Shown here one piece after another: positions 26,221-35,468 of a DNA stretch of 55,481 nt (positions are counted from its first letter, which is position 1; each line of letters opens with the position of its first letter). A model generated the notes under the pieces. The model was not told the origin of the DNA, ran no database searches, and worked only from the letters and a program-made list of their open reading frames with translations. The position numbers and the translations under genes are program-made. This DNA is from an uncultured Rikenellaceae bacterium (GTDB lineage Bacteria; Bacteroidota; Bacteroidia; Bacteroidales; VadinHA17): the NCBI GenBank assembly GCA_964555805.1, contig CAZKTX010000001.1:1-55481 (forward strand), in the 5' to 3' direction.

Positions 26221-26293
26221 CCACGGGTTTCACGGAGGGACACGGAATAAGAGAACGGAAAAATCCGTGTTAATCCGTGTTATCCGTGGTGAG
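26221..26293. repeat. Intergenic inverted array of phased CACGGA/TCCGTG hexamers (copy 1)
   Basis: CACGGG at 26222 and CACGGA at 26231 and 26241 (spacing 9, 10). AACGGA at 26254. TCCGTG at 26264, 26274 and 26283 (spacing 10, 9), followed by GTGAG. The arms are mutually complementary. Confidence 0.75.
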
Positions 26294-26303
26294 ATGAATA
26301 CCT

Positions 26304-27803
26304 ATGTACAAAATCAAATCATATTTAAAATTTGGTGTAGTTGCGTCGATTCCAGTCTCGGGTCTGATTTCATCGGGCAAAGCAGAGAAGCAACCTCCAA
26401 ACATTATCTTTGTTCTTTTGGACGATTTCGGTTACACTGACCTTGGCTGTTACGGAAGCAGGTACTATGAAACTCCCAATATCGACCGTCTTGCCAGGGA
26501 AGGAGTCCGCTTCACAAATGCATATGCCGCCTGTCCTGTATCATCTCCCACAAGGGCTTCGATACTGACAGGGAAGTACCCGGTAAATACAGGCATTACA
26601 GACTGGATTCCCGGCAGGCAGGCAACAAGGAACGGGGCAGAATCCGACAAATTTCTTGCCAGGCCTTTCAGGCTACAGCTCGACAGCGCCGAATTTACGA
26701 TTGCCGAGCACCTGCGGAAAAATGGATATTCGACAATGATCAGCGGGAAATGGCATCTCGGAGCCGATCCGCTTTACTGGCCCGAGAACCAGGGATTTGA
26801 TGTAAACAAAGGAGGTTACAATGCCGGCCAGCCAAACAGAAGCAAAACATCGAACGGATACTTCTCTCCATACGGGAATCCAAGGCTCGAGGATGGTCCT
26901 GAAGGTGAATACCTTACTGATCGTCAGACTGACGAGGCTATAAAATTCATTGAAAATGCAGGAAAAAAGCCATTCTTCGTTTATCTTTCTTATTACGCTG
27001 TCCACAATCCGATGCAGGCTAAGGAACACCTTGTTGAGAAGTTCTCCAGAAAAGCTGATTCCCTGGGCCTGACGGCGAAAGATGCTTTTACAAGAGAAAA
27101 GGATTGGATAAGGGAGTCGATGAACGACAATTTCAGGGAGAGGATCATTCAGAGCAATCCGGTATATGCCGCAATGATTTACAGCGTTGATGAAAATATA
27201 GGCAAGCTGGTTGCCCGCTTAAGGGAACTCAGCCTCGAAAAGAATACAGTGATTATTTTTACTTCAGACAACGGAGGACTTTCAACTTCCGAAGGTTCTC
27301 CAACATGCAACGCCCCGTTAAGGGCAGGAAAGGGATGGCTCTATGAAGGGGGAATCAGGGTTCCTCTCATTATTAAATATCCGGGTAAAGCCAGACCCGG
27401 GAGTGAAAGAAAAACGCCTGTTTCATCAATAGATTATTTTTCAACAATAGCCGAGCTGACAAGTACAGAAGATGCTTCAGTAAAAACTGACGGGGTAAGT
27501 ATAATTCCCTTATTAAGGAAGGACAGGATGAAGGAACGTCCGCTTTTCTGGCATTATCCTCACTATTCGAATCAGGGAGTGGAGCCGGGAAGCGCTGTAA
27601 GACTGGGAAACTACAAGCTGATCGACAACTTTGAGAAAGAAAGGCAGGAACTTTATGATCTTGAAAATGACCTCTCCGAAACTAAAGATATTTCTGCTTC
27701 ATATCCCGAAAAGACTAAGGAATTGTTTAAATTGCTTGTGGATTGGCGGAATAAAACAAGTGCTAAAATGATGGAGCCAAATCCAGACTGGAGAAAAGAA
27801 TGA
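26304..27803 (+). CDS. Ser-type sulfatase (family S1)
   Basis: DDFGYTDLGCYG, FGly motif SSPTR-x4-[13 protein letters not shown]. Confidence 0.9.
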   Translation: MYKIKSYLKFGVVASIPVSGLISSGKAEKQPPNIIFVLLDDFGYTDLGCYGSRYYETPNIDRLAREGVRFTNAYAACPVSSPTRASILTGKYPVNTGITDWIPGRQATRNGAESDKFLARPFRLQLDSAEFTIAEHLRKNGYSTMISGKWHLGADPLYWPENQGFDVNKGGYNAGQPNRSKTSNGYFSPYGNPRLEDGPEGEYLTDRQTDEAIKFIENAGKKPFFVYLSYYAVHNPMQAKEHLVEKFSRKADSLGLTAKDAFTREKDWIRESMNDNFRERIIQSNPVYAAMIYSVDENIGKLVARLRELSLEKNTVIIFTSDNGGLSTSEGSPTCNAPLRAGKGWLYEGGIRVPLIIKYPGKARPGSERKTPVSSIDYFSTIAELTSTEDASVKTDGVSIIPLLRKDRMKERPLFWHYPHYSNQGVEPGSAVRLGNYKLIDNFEKERQELYDLENDLSETKDISASYPEKTKELFKLLVDWRNKTSAKMMEPNPDWRKE

Positions 27804-29269
27804 ATTTCAATTCCGCTTTAAGTGTAAGTCTGGCTTCTGTTGCAGCGATAAATGCATCAGCACAGGATACTAATTACAACAGTACAAAGACACCTAATAT
27901 TGTTCTGATCCTTATGGACGATATGGGTTACGGAGATGTTGGACGGACAGGTGCAAACCTCTATAACACCCCAAACCTCGACCGCCTTGCAAACCAGGGC
28001 ATGCAGTTCACCCGATGGTACTGCCCTCAGGCCGTAAGCAGCGCTTCCAGGGCGGGGCTCCTTACAGGCTGTTATCCCAACCGGGTAGGCATATCAGGGG
28101 CCCTGATGCCCTGGGCGACAACTGGTATCAATCCTGATGAACTAACAATTGCAGAAATCCTGAAACCGAGGGGTTATCATACCGGAATCATAGGAAAATG
28201 GCACCTGGGCCACCTCAAGGAATTCCTTCCTCTTCAGCACGGATTCGATGAGTATTATGGAATTCCATATTCAAACGATATGTGGCCCGTCGATTTCGAC
28301 GGAGTCCCTATTCATATTAAAGATACAACCAGCAGCAAGATGAAATATCCTGTCCTGCCCCTTATCGAAGGCAATGAAAAGGCAGGAGAGGTAAGGACGC
28401 TGGCAGATCAGGACCAGCTGACAACCAACTATACTGAAAGGGCAGTCAGGTTCATAGAAAATCATAAAAATGAGCAGTTTTTTTTGTATTTCCCTCATTC
28501 GATGGTGCATATACCGCTTGGAGTATCAGAAAAATTCAGGGGCAAAAGCGGTCAGGGAATGTACGGGGATGTGATGATGGAGGTTGACTGGTCGATTGGC
28601 GAAATAATGAAGGCCCTTGAAAGAAACGAGATTGAAAAAAACACTCTTATCATTTTCACAAGCGACAACGGGCCATGGCTCAATTTCGGTAACCATGCAG
28701 GCTCGACCGGCGGATTGCGCGAAGGCAAGGGCACAAGCTGGGAGGGTGGACAAAGGGTTCCATGCATAATGAAATGGCCCGGGGTTATCCCTGCAGGTGA
28801 TATATGCAATCAGCTTGCCTCCACGATTGATATCCTGCCTACACTTGCAGAAATTACGGGAGGATTCCTCCCGGCACATAAAATTGACGGAGTGAGCATT
28901 CTTGAGCTTATGCTTGGCAACAAAGAGGTATCACCAAGGCAGGAATTCTATTATTATTATGAGGTCAACAGCCTTGAGGCTGTTCAGCGCGATTTCTGGA
29001 AACTTGTTCTTCCCCATAAAAGCAGGACATACAGGAACATGAAACCGGGAATGGACGGATGGCCCGGACCGACAGGTACTGAAATACTAACAGAGCCTGA
29101 GCTTTATGACCTGCGTCGCGATCCGGGTGAATGGTTTAATGTGGCTCAGTATTATCCGGAAAAAGTCAGGGAACTTCAGGTTTTGGCAGAACAGGCACGA
29201 AAAGACCTTGGGGATAACCTTACAAATTCGCCGGGTGAAAACAGAAGAAAAGCAGGTTCAATAAAATAA
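27800..29269 (+). CDS. Ser-type sulfatase (family S1), S-x-A-x-R variant
   Basis: DDMGYGDVG, FGly motif SSASR-x4-TG, GKWHLGH, SDNGP. ATGA overlap with the upstream sulfatase gene. Confidence 0.9.
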   Translation: MNFNSALSVSLASVAAINASAQDTNYNSTKTPNIVLILMDDMGYGDVGRTGANLYNTPNLDRLANQGMQFTRWYCPQAVSSASRAGLLTGCYPNRVGISGALMPWATTGINPDELTIAEILKPRGYHTGIIGKWHLGHLKEFLPLQHGFDEYYGIPYSNDMWPVDFDGVPIHIKDTTSSKMKYPVLPLIEGNEKAGEVRTLADQDQLTTNYTERAVRFIENHKNEQFFLYFPHSMVHIPLGVSEKFRGKSGQGMYGDVMMEVDWSIGEIMKALERNEIEKNTLIIFTSDNGPWLNFGNHAGSTGGLREGKGTSWEGGQRVPCIMKWPGVIPAGDICNQLASTIDILPTLAEITGGFLPAHKIDGVSILELMLGNKEVSPRQEFYYYYEVNSLEAVQRDFWKLVLPHKSRTYRNMKPGMDGWPGPTGTEILTEPELYDLRRDPGEWFNVAQYYPEKVRELQVLAEQARKDLGDNLTNSPGENRRKAGSIK

Positions 29270-29284
29270 ACAAAACAATTTCAG

Positions 29285-30961
29285 ATGATAAACCTGAAAT
29301 CACTCCTCGGTATCAGTGCCGCATCATTACTGGCCGCAACAAGCACTGGCCAGCAGTCAACTAAGCAGCCGAACATCCTCTGGATCTCAACCGAAGACCT
29401 GAGCCCTCATTTCGGATGCTACGGCGACAAGGTTGCAAAGACACCAAACATCGACGGGCTGGCCTCCAGGGGAGTCCGTTATACAAACGTATTCACCACA
29501 GCCGCAATTAGCGCCCCATGCCGTGCCGGAATAATTACCGGTATGTACCAGACATCCATAGGATGCATGCACATGCGGACGACATCATACAGGAGAGGAG
29601 TGGATAATCCGGTTGAATTTACAGCGGTGCCTCCTCATTATGTTAAAGCATTCACTGAATACATGAGGGTTGCAGGATACTATTGCACTAATAACAACAA
29701 AACCGACTACCAGTTTTCAAAAGACCCTGTGCCTTCAAGCATCTGGGATGAATGCAGCAGGACTGCCCATTACAGGAACCGCCAGGATAAAAATCAACCC
29801 TTCTTTGCTGTTTTCAACTGGACAGGCACTCATGAGAGCCAGAACTGGGATATTTCAAATGTCAGGACGGATCCAAAATCAGTAAATGTCCCTCCATATT
29901 ATCCTGACAATGAAATAATAAGGCAGAACATCGCAAAAACCTATGATAATGTCGCCAGATTTGATTCGGTTGTCGGTGTCCTCTTAAGTGAGCTTGAGAA
30001 AGAGGGCGAACTGGAAAATACAATTATCTTTTTGTGGGGCGATCATGGCGATGGACTTCCCAGGGCGAAGAGATGGCTCTACGATTCTGGTCTCAATATT
30101 CCACTGATTATAAAATTCCCAGGCAATGCAAATGCAGGCACTGTAAATGACAGGATGATCAGCTCGATCGATTTTGGCCCTACGGTTCTTTCACTTGCAG
30201 GAGTTCCGGTTCCGGCCCATTTTCAGGGTATCCCGTTCCTGGGAACACAGACCGGCAATGAAAGGGATGCAGTATTCGCTGCCCGCGACAGGGTCGATGA
30301 ATCATACGACATGATCCGGTCGGTGCGCACAATAGATTATCTGTACATCCGGAATTATTATCCCAACGAACCTTTTCCGATCTGGGTTCCCTATCTTAGC
30401 AATATGCCCATTTACAAGGAGATGCTCCGGCTTGATGCAGAAAATAAACTGACAGGTCCGCAGAAAAGCTGGATGGCATATTCAAGACCTCCTGAAGAGC
30501 TTTACGATGTAAGGAATGACCCTTTCCAGATAAATAACCTGGTAAATGACCCAAAGCTAAAGCCTGTGCTTGAGGATCTGCGGAAACGCCATGAGGATTG
30601 GACCATCAGAACCTCCGACATGGGACATATGAATGAACCTGAGATGATAGAACAGATGTGGCCCGGAGGCAGACAGCCAGTAACGGATGATCCGTATTTC
30701 ATTTTAAACTCACCCGAAGAACGTCATACAAAGAACTATCGTGTGGGAGGGATATATTCATCGCCTATGACGCTTGGATTTTATTGCCCGACACATGGTT
30801 CCTCGATTGTTTATACATTCGAAGAAAAAGAAAACCCTCACTGGCTGCTTTATTCTGGTCCATTGCGTCTTAAAACGGGAACTTACAACATCCGGGTAAA
30901 GGCTGTCCGGTATGGCTATAAAGAGAGTGACGAACTGAAAGGATATTTTGAAATAAAATAG
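29285..30961 (+). CDS. Ser-type sulfatase (family S1) with extra C-terminal beta-sandwich (chitobiase/Fn3-associated-like) domain
   Basis: FGly motif SAPCR-x4-TG and GDHGD. C-terminal IVYTFEEKENPHWLLYSGPLRLKTGTYNIRVKAVRYGYKESD. Confidence 0.85.
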   Translation: MINLKSLLGISAASLLAATSTGQQSTKQPNILWISTEDLSPHFGCYGDKVAKTPNIDGLASRGVRYTNVFTTAAISAPCRAGIITGMYQTSIGCMHMRTTSYRRGVDNPVEFTAVPPHYVKAFTEYMRVAGYYCTNNNKTDYQFSKDPVPSSIWDECSRTAHYRNRQDKNQPFFAVFNWTGTHESQNWDISNVRTDPKSVNVPPYYPDNEIIRQNIAKTYDNVARFDSVVGVLLSELEKEGELENTIIFLWGDHGDGLPRAKRWLYDSGLNIPLIIKFPGNANAGTVNDRMISSIDFGPTVLSLAGVPVPAHFQGIPFLGTQTGNERDAVFAARDRVDESYDMIRSVRTIDYLYIRNYYPNEPFPIWVPYLSNMPIYKEMLRLDAENKLTGPQKSWMAYSRPPEELYDVRNDPFQINNLVNDPKLKPVLEDLRKRHEDWTIRTSDMGHMNEPEMIEQMWPGGRQPVTDDPYFILNSPEERHTKNYRVGGIYSSPMTLGFYCPTHGSSIVYTFEEKENPHWLLYSGPLRLKTGTYNIRVKAVRYGYKESDELKGYFEIK

Positions 30962-30981
30962 AAGAAAAGATATAAATACAA

Positions 30982-31056
30982 CTCACCACGGAAAACACGG
31001 ATAAACACGGAGTTATAATCCATGAAAGTTTCCGTGGCATCCGTACAACCCATGGT
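30982..31056. repeat. Intergenic inverted array of phased CACGGA/TCCGTG hexamers (copy 2, right arm decayed)
   Basis: CTCAC then CACGGA at 30987, 30996 and 31006 (spacing 9, 10). Right arm has TCCATG 31019, TCCGTG 31031 and TCCGTA 31040. CCACGGAAA pairs with TTTCCGTGG. The left arm is nearly identical to the reverse complement of 26264-26293. Confidence 0.7.
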
Positions 31057-31077
31057 AAAAAATAAAATTCCAAACCT

Positions 31078-32619
31078 ATGCAGTTCGATTTAAAATACAC
31101 AGCCCTAATGGGAATGGGAGCAGTATTCTGTCAGAACGCTTCTGCAGGAAACCCTGTCCAGCAACGTCCCAATATAATTTACATAATGTCGGACGACCAT
31201 GCTTACCAGGCAATCAGCGCCTATGGAGGTGCTCTGAAGGAACTGGCGGCGACACCAAATATCGACCGTATTGCAAAAGAAGGCATCAGATTTGACAGAT
31301 GCCTTGTAACGAATTCAATTTCAGGCCCATGTCGGGCAGTAATCCTTACGGGCAAGTACAGTCATTTGAACGGATTTGTTGCAAATGAAGGACAGAAACC
31401 CTTCGACGGGTCACAGCAGACTTTTCCCAAGCTTCTTCAAAAGGCAGGCTATTCAACCGCAATGATCGGCAAATGGCACCTGGGATCAGATCCGACCGGA
31501 TTCGACCACTGGGAAATACTTCCGGGTCAGGGGAGCTACTACAACCCCGAGTTCATTACAAGTGAAGGAAAGCATACCGAAAAGGGATATGTCACGGAGC
31601 TTATAACCGATAAATGCATCGATTGGCTTGAGGATGCAAAAGATTCAGGCAAACCCTTTATGCTTATGATGCACCACAAGGCTCCTCACCGGGATTGGCA
31701 GCCCGGCCCCGATGAACTAACTCTATATAAGGATATTACATTTCCTGAACCGCCAACCCTATTTGACGATTATGCGAACAGGGGCACAGCGGAACTTACA
31801 CAGGACATGACAATCTCAAAGACAATGAGGCTTGAGGAGGACCTGAAGATGTACCGCGACAGATCGAAAATGAAGTCTACCGGACTTACTAGGCTCGATC
31901 CGGTTCAGATGGCTGAATGGGACTCGGTCTACAATCCGATAATCAGAAAGTTCTATGCATCAAACCTGTCGGGCGATGAACTTGTCAGGTTCAAGTATCA
32001 GCGTTACATGCAGGATTACCTTGCCTGCATCGCAGCAGTTGACAAAAGCGTAGGAGAGGTACTCGATTACCTCAGAGAGACAGGTCTTGACAAAAACACA
32101 GTTGTGATCTACGCCTCCGATCAGGGATTCTATCTGGGCGAGCATGGATGGTTCGACAAGCGGTTCATGTTCGAGGAATCGTACAGGACACCGCTGCTGA
32201 TAAGCTGGCCCGGGGTTACAAAGCCAGGTACTGAAAACAGCGACATTGTTTCAAACATAGACCTTCCCGAGACATTCCTTGATATTGCGGGCATCGATGT
32301 TCCTTCAGATATGCAGGGCAGAAGCATGGTCCCAATCCTGAAGGGAAAAACACCCGGCAACTGGAGAAGAGAACACTATTATCATTATTACGAATATCCC
32401 GGATCACATATGGTTAAGCGTCATTACGGGATAAGCACTGACCGATACAAGCTGATGCACTATTACTACGACATCGATGAATGGGAAATGTACGACCTGA
32501 AAGCCGATCCCCGGGAAATGAAAAATATCTATAACGATCCTTCTTATTCTTCAATAAGAAAGAACCTTCATAAGAGACTCAAAAAACTGATGAAGCAATA
32601 CGGCGACAGCAAGGAATAG
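31078..32619 (+). CDS. Ser-type sulfatase (family S1; N-sulfoglucosamine-sulfohydrolase-like architecture)
   Basis: [13 protein letters not shown], FGly motif SGPCR-x4-[14 protein letters not shown]-terminal [19 protein letters not shown]. Confidence 0.9.
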   Translation: MQFDLKYTALMGMGAVFCQNASAGNPVQQRPNIIYIMSDDHAYQAISAYGGALKELAATPNIDRIAKEGIRFDRCLVTNSISGPCRAVILTGKYSHLNGFVANEGQKPFDGSQQTFPKLLQKAGYSTAMIGKWHLGSDPTGFDHWEILPGQGSYYNPEFITSEGKHTEKGYVTELITDKCIDWLEDAKDSGKPFMLMMHHKAPHRDWQPGPDELTLYKDITFPEPPTLFDDYANRGTAELTQDMTISKTMRLEEDLKMYRDRSKMKSTGLTRLDPVQMAEWDSVYNPIIRKFYASNLSGDELVRFKYQRYMQDYLACIAAVDKSVGEVLDYLRETGLDKNTVVIYASDQGFYLGEHGWFDKRFMFEESYRTPLLISWPGVTKPGTENSDIVSNIDLPETFLDIAGIDVPSDMQGRSMVPILKGKTPGNWRREHYYHYYEYPGSHMVKRHYGISTDRYKLMHYYYDIDEWEMYDLKADPREMKNIYNDPSYSSIRKNLHKRLKKLMKQYGDSKE

Positions 32620-32675
32620 GGAGGTTTATCGGGAATTAAATTATGTCGTTGGGCAGGGGGCACCGGGAAATATGC

Positions 32676-34034
32676 CTAAGGTTTATATAATGGATTCCTG
32701 AGACAGCAATTCTTGAACTTTTTTCCTGATCCACACGGGCAGTGGTCGTTCCTTTCAGGAATCACCGGACGGATCACCTGGTTTTCCCTGTTTCTTATCC
32801 AGTTCATTACATTGGCAGGAGGGCGTTTGTTCTCAAGCTCATCTGCCATGAATTTCATATAGGGCTCAACATGCTTAAAGAATATCTTATATCCCTCGCA
32901 CAGATAGTTCAGTCCGGGCTCCCCGTCGGGTGTTGTCAGGAAACGGTGTTTAGGGCATTCTCCGTGACACATGTATCTCACATCGCATTTAAGACAATGA
33001 CGCGGAAGCTTATTCCTTTTGTTGACCCCGAAATCAAACTGTGTCTGCGATTTAGCCAGTCCGATGAGCGGAGTATCCACGATGTTTCCAAGGTAATATT
33101 CGGGATAAACAAAGTGATCGCATGAATAAAGATCGCCATTATGCTCCATTACAAGGGCATCACCGCATGTGTCGTTGAAGACGCATAATCCCGGATTCTC
33201 CCCCACATAATTAGCCAGGCAGGCATCAAATATCTGAACATAATACCTGCCAACATCATATCTCACCCATTGGTCAAATATTGTAATCAGAAATTTTCCG
33301 AATTCCGCCGGAGGAACTGTAAAAGAGGCCACACGCGGATTGTTCTGATGAATGGGAGCAATAAGCCTCAGATCATCCGGCATCCGATGCTCATTTTCAA
33401 ATTCGACAACCGGAAGGAACTGCATGAATCCGCTGCCTGTCTTTTTCAGGAACCGGTAGGTCTCCGCAGCATAATTAACATTATAGCTGTTGACCACGCT
33501 AAGTGTATTGAACTCGACACTGTGTTTATGAAGCAGTTCTATTCCGTTCATCACTCTCCGGAATGTCGGGCGGTCCGATCGTGTCCGCCTGAAGTGGTCG
33601 TGGTTATGCTCATCTCCGTCAATTGATATCCCTACAAGAAAATTATTGTCTTTAAAAAACCTGCACCAGTCTTCATCAAGCCTCGTTCCGTTGGTCTGAA
33701 ACGCATTTTCAATCTTCTTTTCCCCTGCATATTTCTTTTGCAGTTCTACAGCCCTGCGGAAGAAATCAAGTCCCATCAAAGTCGGTTCACCGCCCTGCCA
33801 TGTGAATGTTACAACAGGCACCTGATTGGCCTCAATGAACTGCTTTGTAAAAGTCTCAAGCACCTCATCCGTCATTCTCATTTTAGAATCAGTACCATAG
33901 AGTTTGCCTTTCTCAAGATAATAACAATAAGTGCAGTTAAGGTTGCAAGACGATCCGGCAGGCTTCAGCATCACCTGGAAGGCATCCGGCCGTTTCAGTT
34001 TAAGTGCATCGGAATAGAGAAGGGTTGGCTTCAT
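32676..34034 (-). CDS. Anaerobic sulfatase-maturating enzyme (radical SAM/SPASM) with C-terminal SEC-C motif
   Basis: CNLNCTYCYY radical SAM motif. SPASM-type cysteines CLKCDVRYMCHGECPKH. C-terminal CPCGSGKKFKNCC. Confidence 0.9.
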   Translation of the reverse strand: MKPTLLYSDALKLKRPDAFQVMLKPAGSSCNLNCTYCYYLEKGKLYGTDSKMRMTDEVLETFTKQFIEANQVPVVTFTWQGGEPTLMGLDFFRRAVELQKKYAGEKKIENAFQTNGTRLDEDWCRFFKDNNFLVGISIDGDEHNHDHFRRTRSDRPTFRRVMNGIELLHKHSVEFNTLSVVNSYNVNYAAETYRFLKKTGSGFMQFLPVVEFENEHRMPDDLRLIAPIHQNNPRVASFTVPPAEFGKFLITIFDQWVRYDVGRYYVQIFDACLANYVGENPGLCVFNDTCGDALVMEHNGDLYSCDHFVYPEYYLGNIVDTPLIGLAKSQTQFDFGVNKRNKLPRHCLKCDVRYMCHGECPKHRFLTTPDGEPGLNYLCEGYKIFFKHVEPYMKFMADELENKRPPANVMNWIRNRENQVIRPVIPERNDHCPCGSGKKFKNCCLRNPLYKP

Positions 34035-34092
34035 GAGGTAAATGTAGAAATATTTAATATATTTAAGCAGTTAACCCTTTCATCATCAAATC

Positions 34093-35370
34093 ATGAAAAG
34101 AAGAAAATTCATTGAAATGGCATCATACGGCTCTGCCGCTTTTGCCACCTCACTATATATCCCGAAGTTTAATCAGGAAAAGAAGATAAAAATCGGACTG
34201 ATTGGTTCGGGTTGGTACGGAATGGTTGATGCGGTAGCGGCTCTTAAAGCAGGAGGGGTTGAAGTATCAGCAGTATGCGATGTCGACTCGGAGCATCTTT
34301 CCTCGAGCGCCTCTGAACTGGAAAAACTGCAGGGCTACCGTCCGAAGACTTTCAAATACTATCCCGAACTGCTCGATATGAAAGACCTTGATGCAGTTAT
34401 TATCGGTACAATTCCCCACTGGCACGCCCTGCAGTTCATTGCAGCCTGCAAAAAGGGACTGGATATTTACTGTGAGAAGCCGCTTGCATACGATGTGCTT
34501 GAAGGGCTTGCCATGGTCAGGGCTGCACGTGAGGCAGGCAATTTAGTCCAGGTCGGATTCCAGCGCCGGCAAGCCTTATCTTATCAGAAAGCCCGTGAAC
34601 TGATGGAAGCAGGCAGGATAGGGGACATCCATCAGGTCGTTGCCCAGATCCATTACAATCCTGGTCCCCAGGATACAAAGATTCAGGAACCGCCTGCAAC
34701 ACTCGACTGGGAAGAATGGTGCGGACCTGCCCCCAGGCTCGACTACCGTCCAAGCATTGGCCACAAATCATGGAGGCTTGAGAAGGAATACGGGAATGGA
34801 CATCTTGTCGATTGGGGAATACATCATATCGATATTATCCGCAAGATGATGGGAGAGGGCATGCCCGAAGATATTTATGCCACGGGCGGAATTATGGCTC
34901 TGAAGGGACAGATTACATCTCCCGACACACTAAACGTGAAGTTCGGATTTAAAAAGGTCCCCGTGTACTGGCAGCACAGGCTATGGGGCAACGGTGACGT
35001 GACAAGGGAGTTCAACAACGGAATCTTCTTTTACGGAGACAAGGGAACCATATTTGTTGAAGACTCAAAAGTGGTTGTTTTCCCAACCGGCAGGGAAGCC
35101 CTAAGGGAAGACATTTCCGTTCCAGCACCGCTGATGCAGGAAAATCATGTTGAAAACTTCATAAAGGCCGTAAGGAACAAAGACAAAAGTTTTATAAGTT
35201 GTACTCCCGATGACGCCTTCAAATCAACTGCCGCGGTTCAGCTTGCAATGATCTCCCTTTATACGGACAGTGTAGTCAGATGGGATGACGAAAAGAAACA
35301 GGTCAGCGATAATCCTGAAGCCACAGCCCTGCTTGCAAGGCCATATCGGGATTCTTACATACATCCATAA
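34093..35370 (+). CDS. Tat-signal Gfo/Idh/MocA-family NAD-dependent oxidoreductase (GH109-like architecture)
   Basis: MKRRKFIEMASYGSAAFA signal and Rossmann motif IGLIGSGWYG. The length and Tat signal resemble GH109/glycoside-dehydrogenase-type proteins. Confidence 0.8.
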   Translation: MKRRKFIEMASYGSAAFATSLYIPKFNQEKKIKIGLIGSGWYGMVDAVAALKAGGVEVSAVCDVDSEHLSSSASELEKLQGYRPKTFKYYPELLDMKDLDAVIIGTIPHWHALQFIAACKKGLDIYCEKPLAYDVLEGLAMVRAAREAGNLVQVGFQRRQALSYQKARELMEAGRIGDIHQVVAQIHYNPGPQDTKIQEPPATLDWEEWCGPAPRLDYRPSIGHKSWRLEKEYGNGHLVDWGIHHIDIIRKMMGEGMPEDIYATGGIMALKGQITSPDTLNVKFGFKKVPVYWQHRLWGNGDVTREFNNGIFFYGDKGTIFVEDSKVVVFPTGREALREDISVPAPLMQENHVENFIKAVRNKDKSFISCTPDDAFKSTAAVQLAMISLYTDSVVRWDDEKKQVSDNPEATALLARPYRDSYIHP

Positions 35371-35468
35371 AAAGAATCTTACTTAACCTTATTATATTGG
35401 CGGCATATTTTAGTTTTCTTAATTTTACTATAACAGACCTAAGCCCTAAACAGTAATCCCTCTCAACC

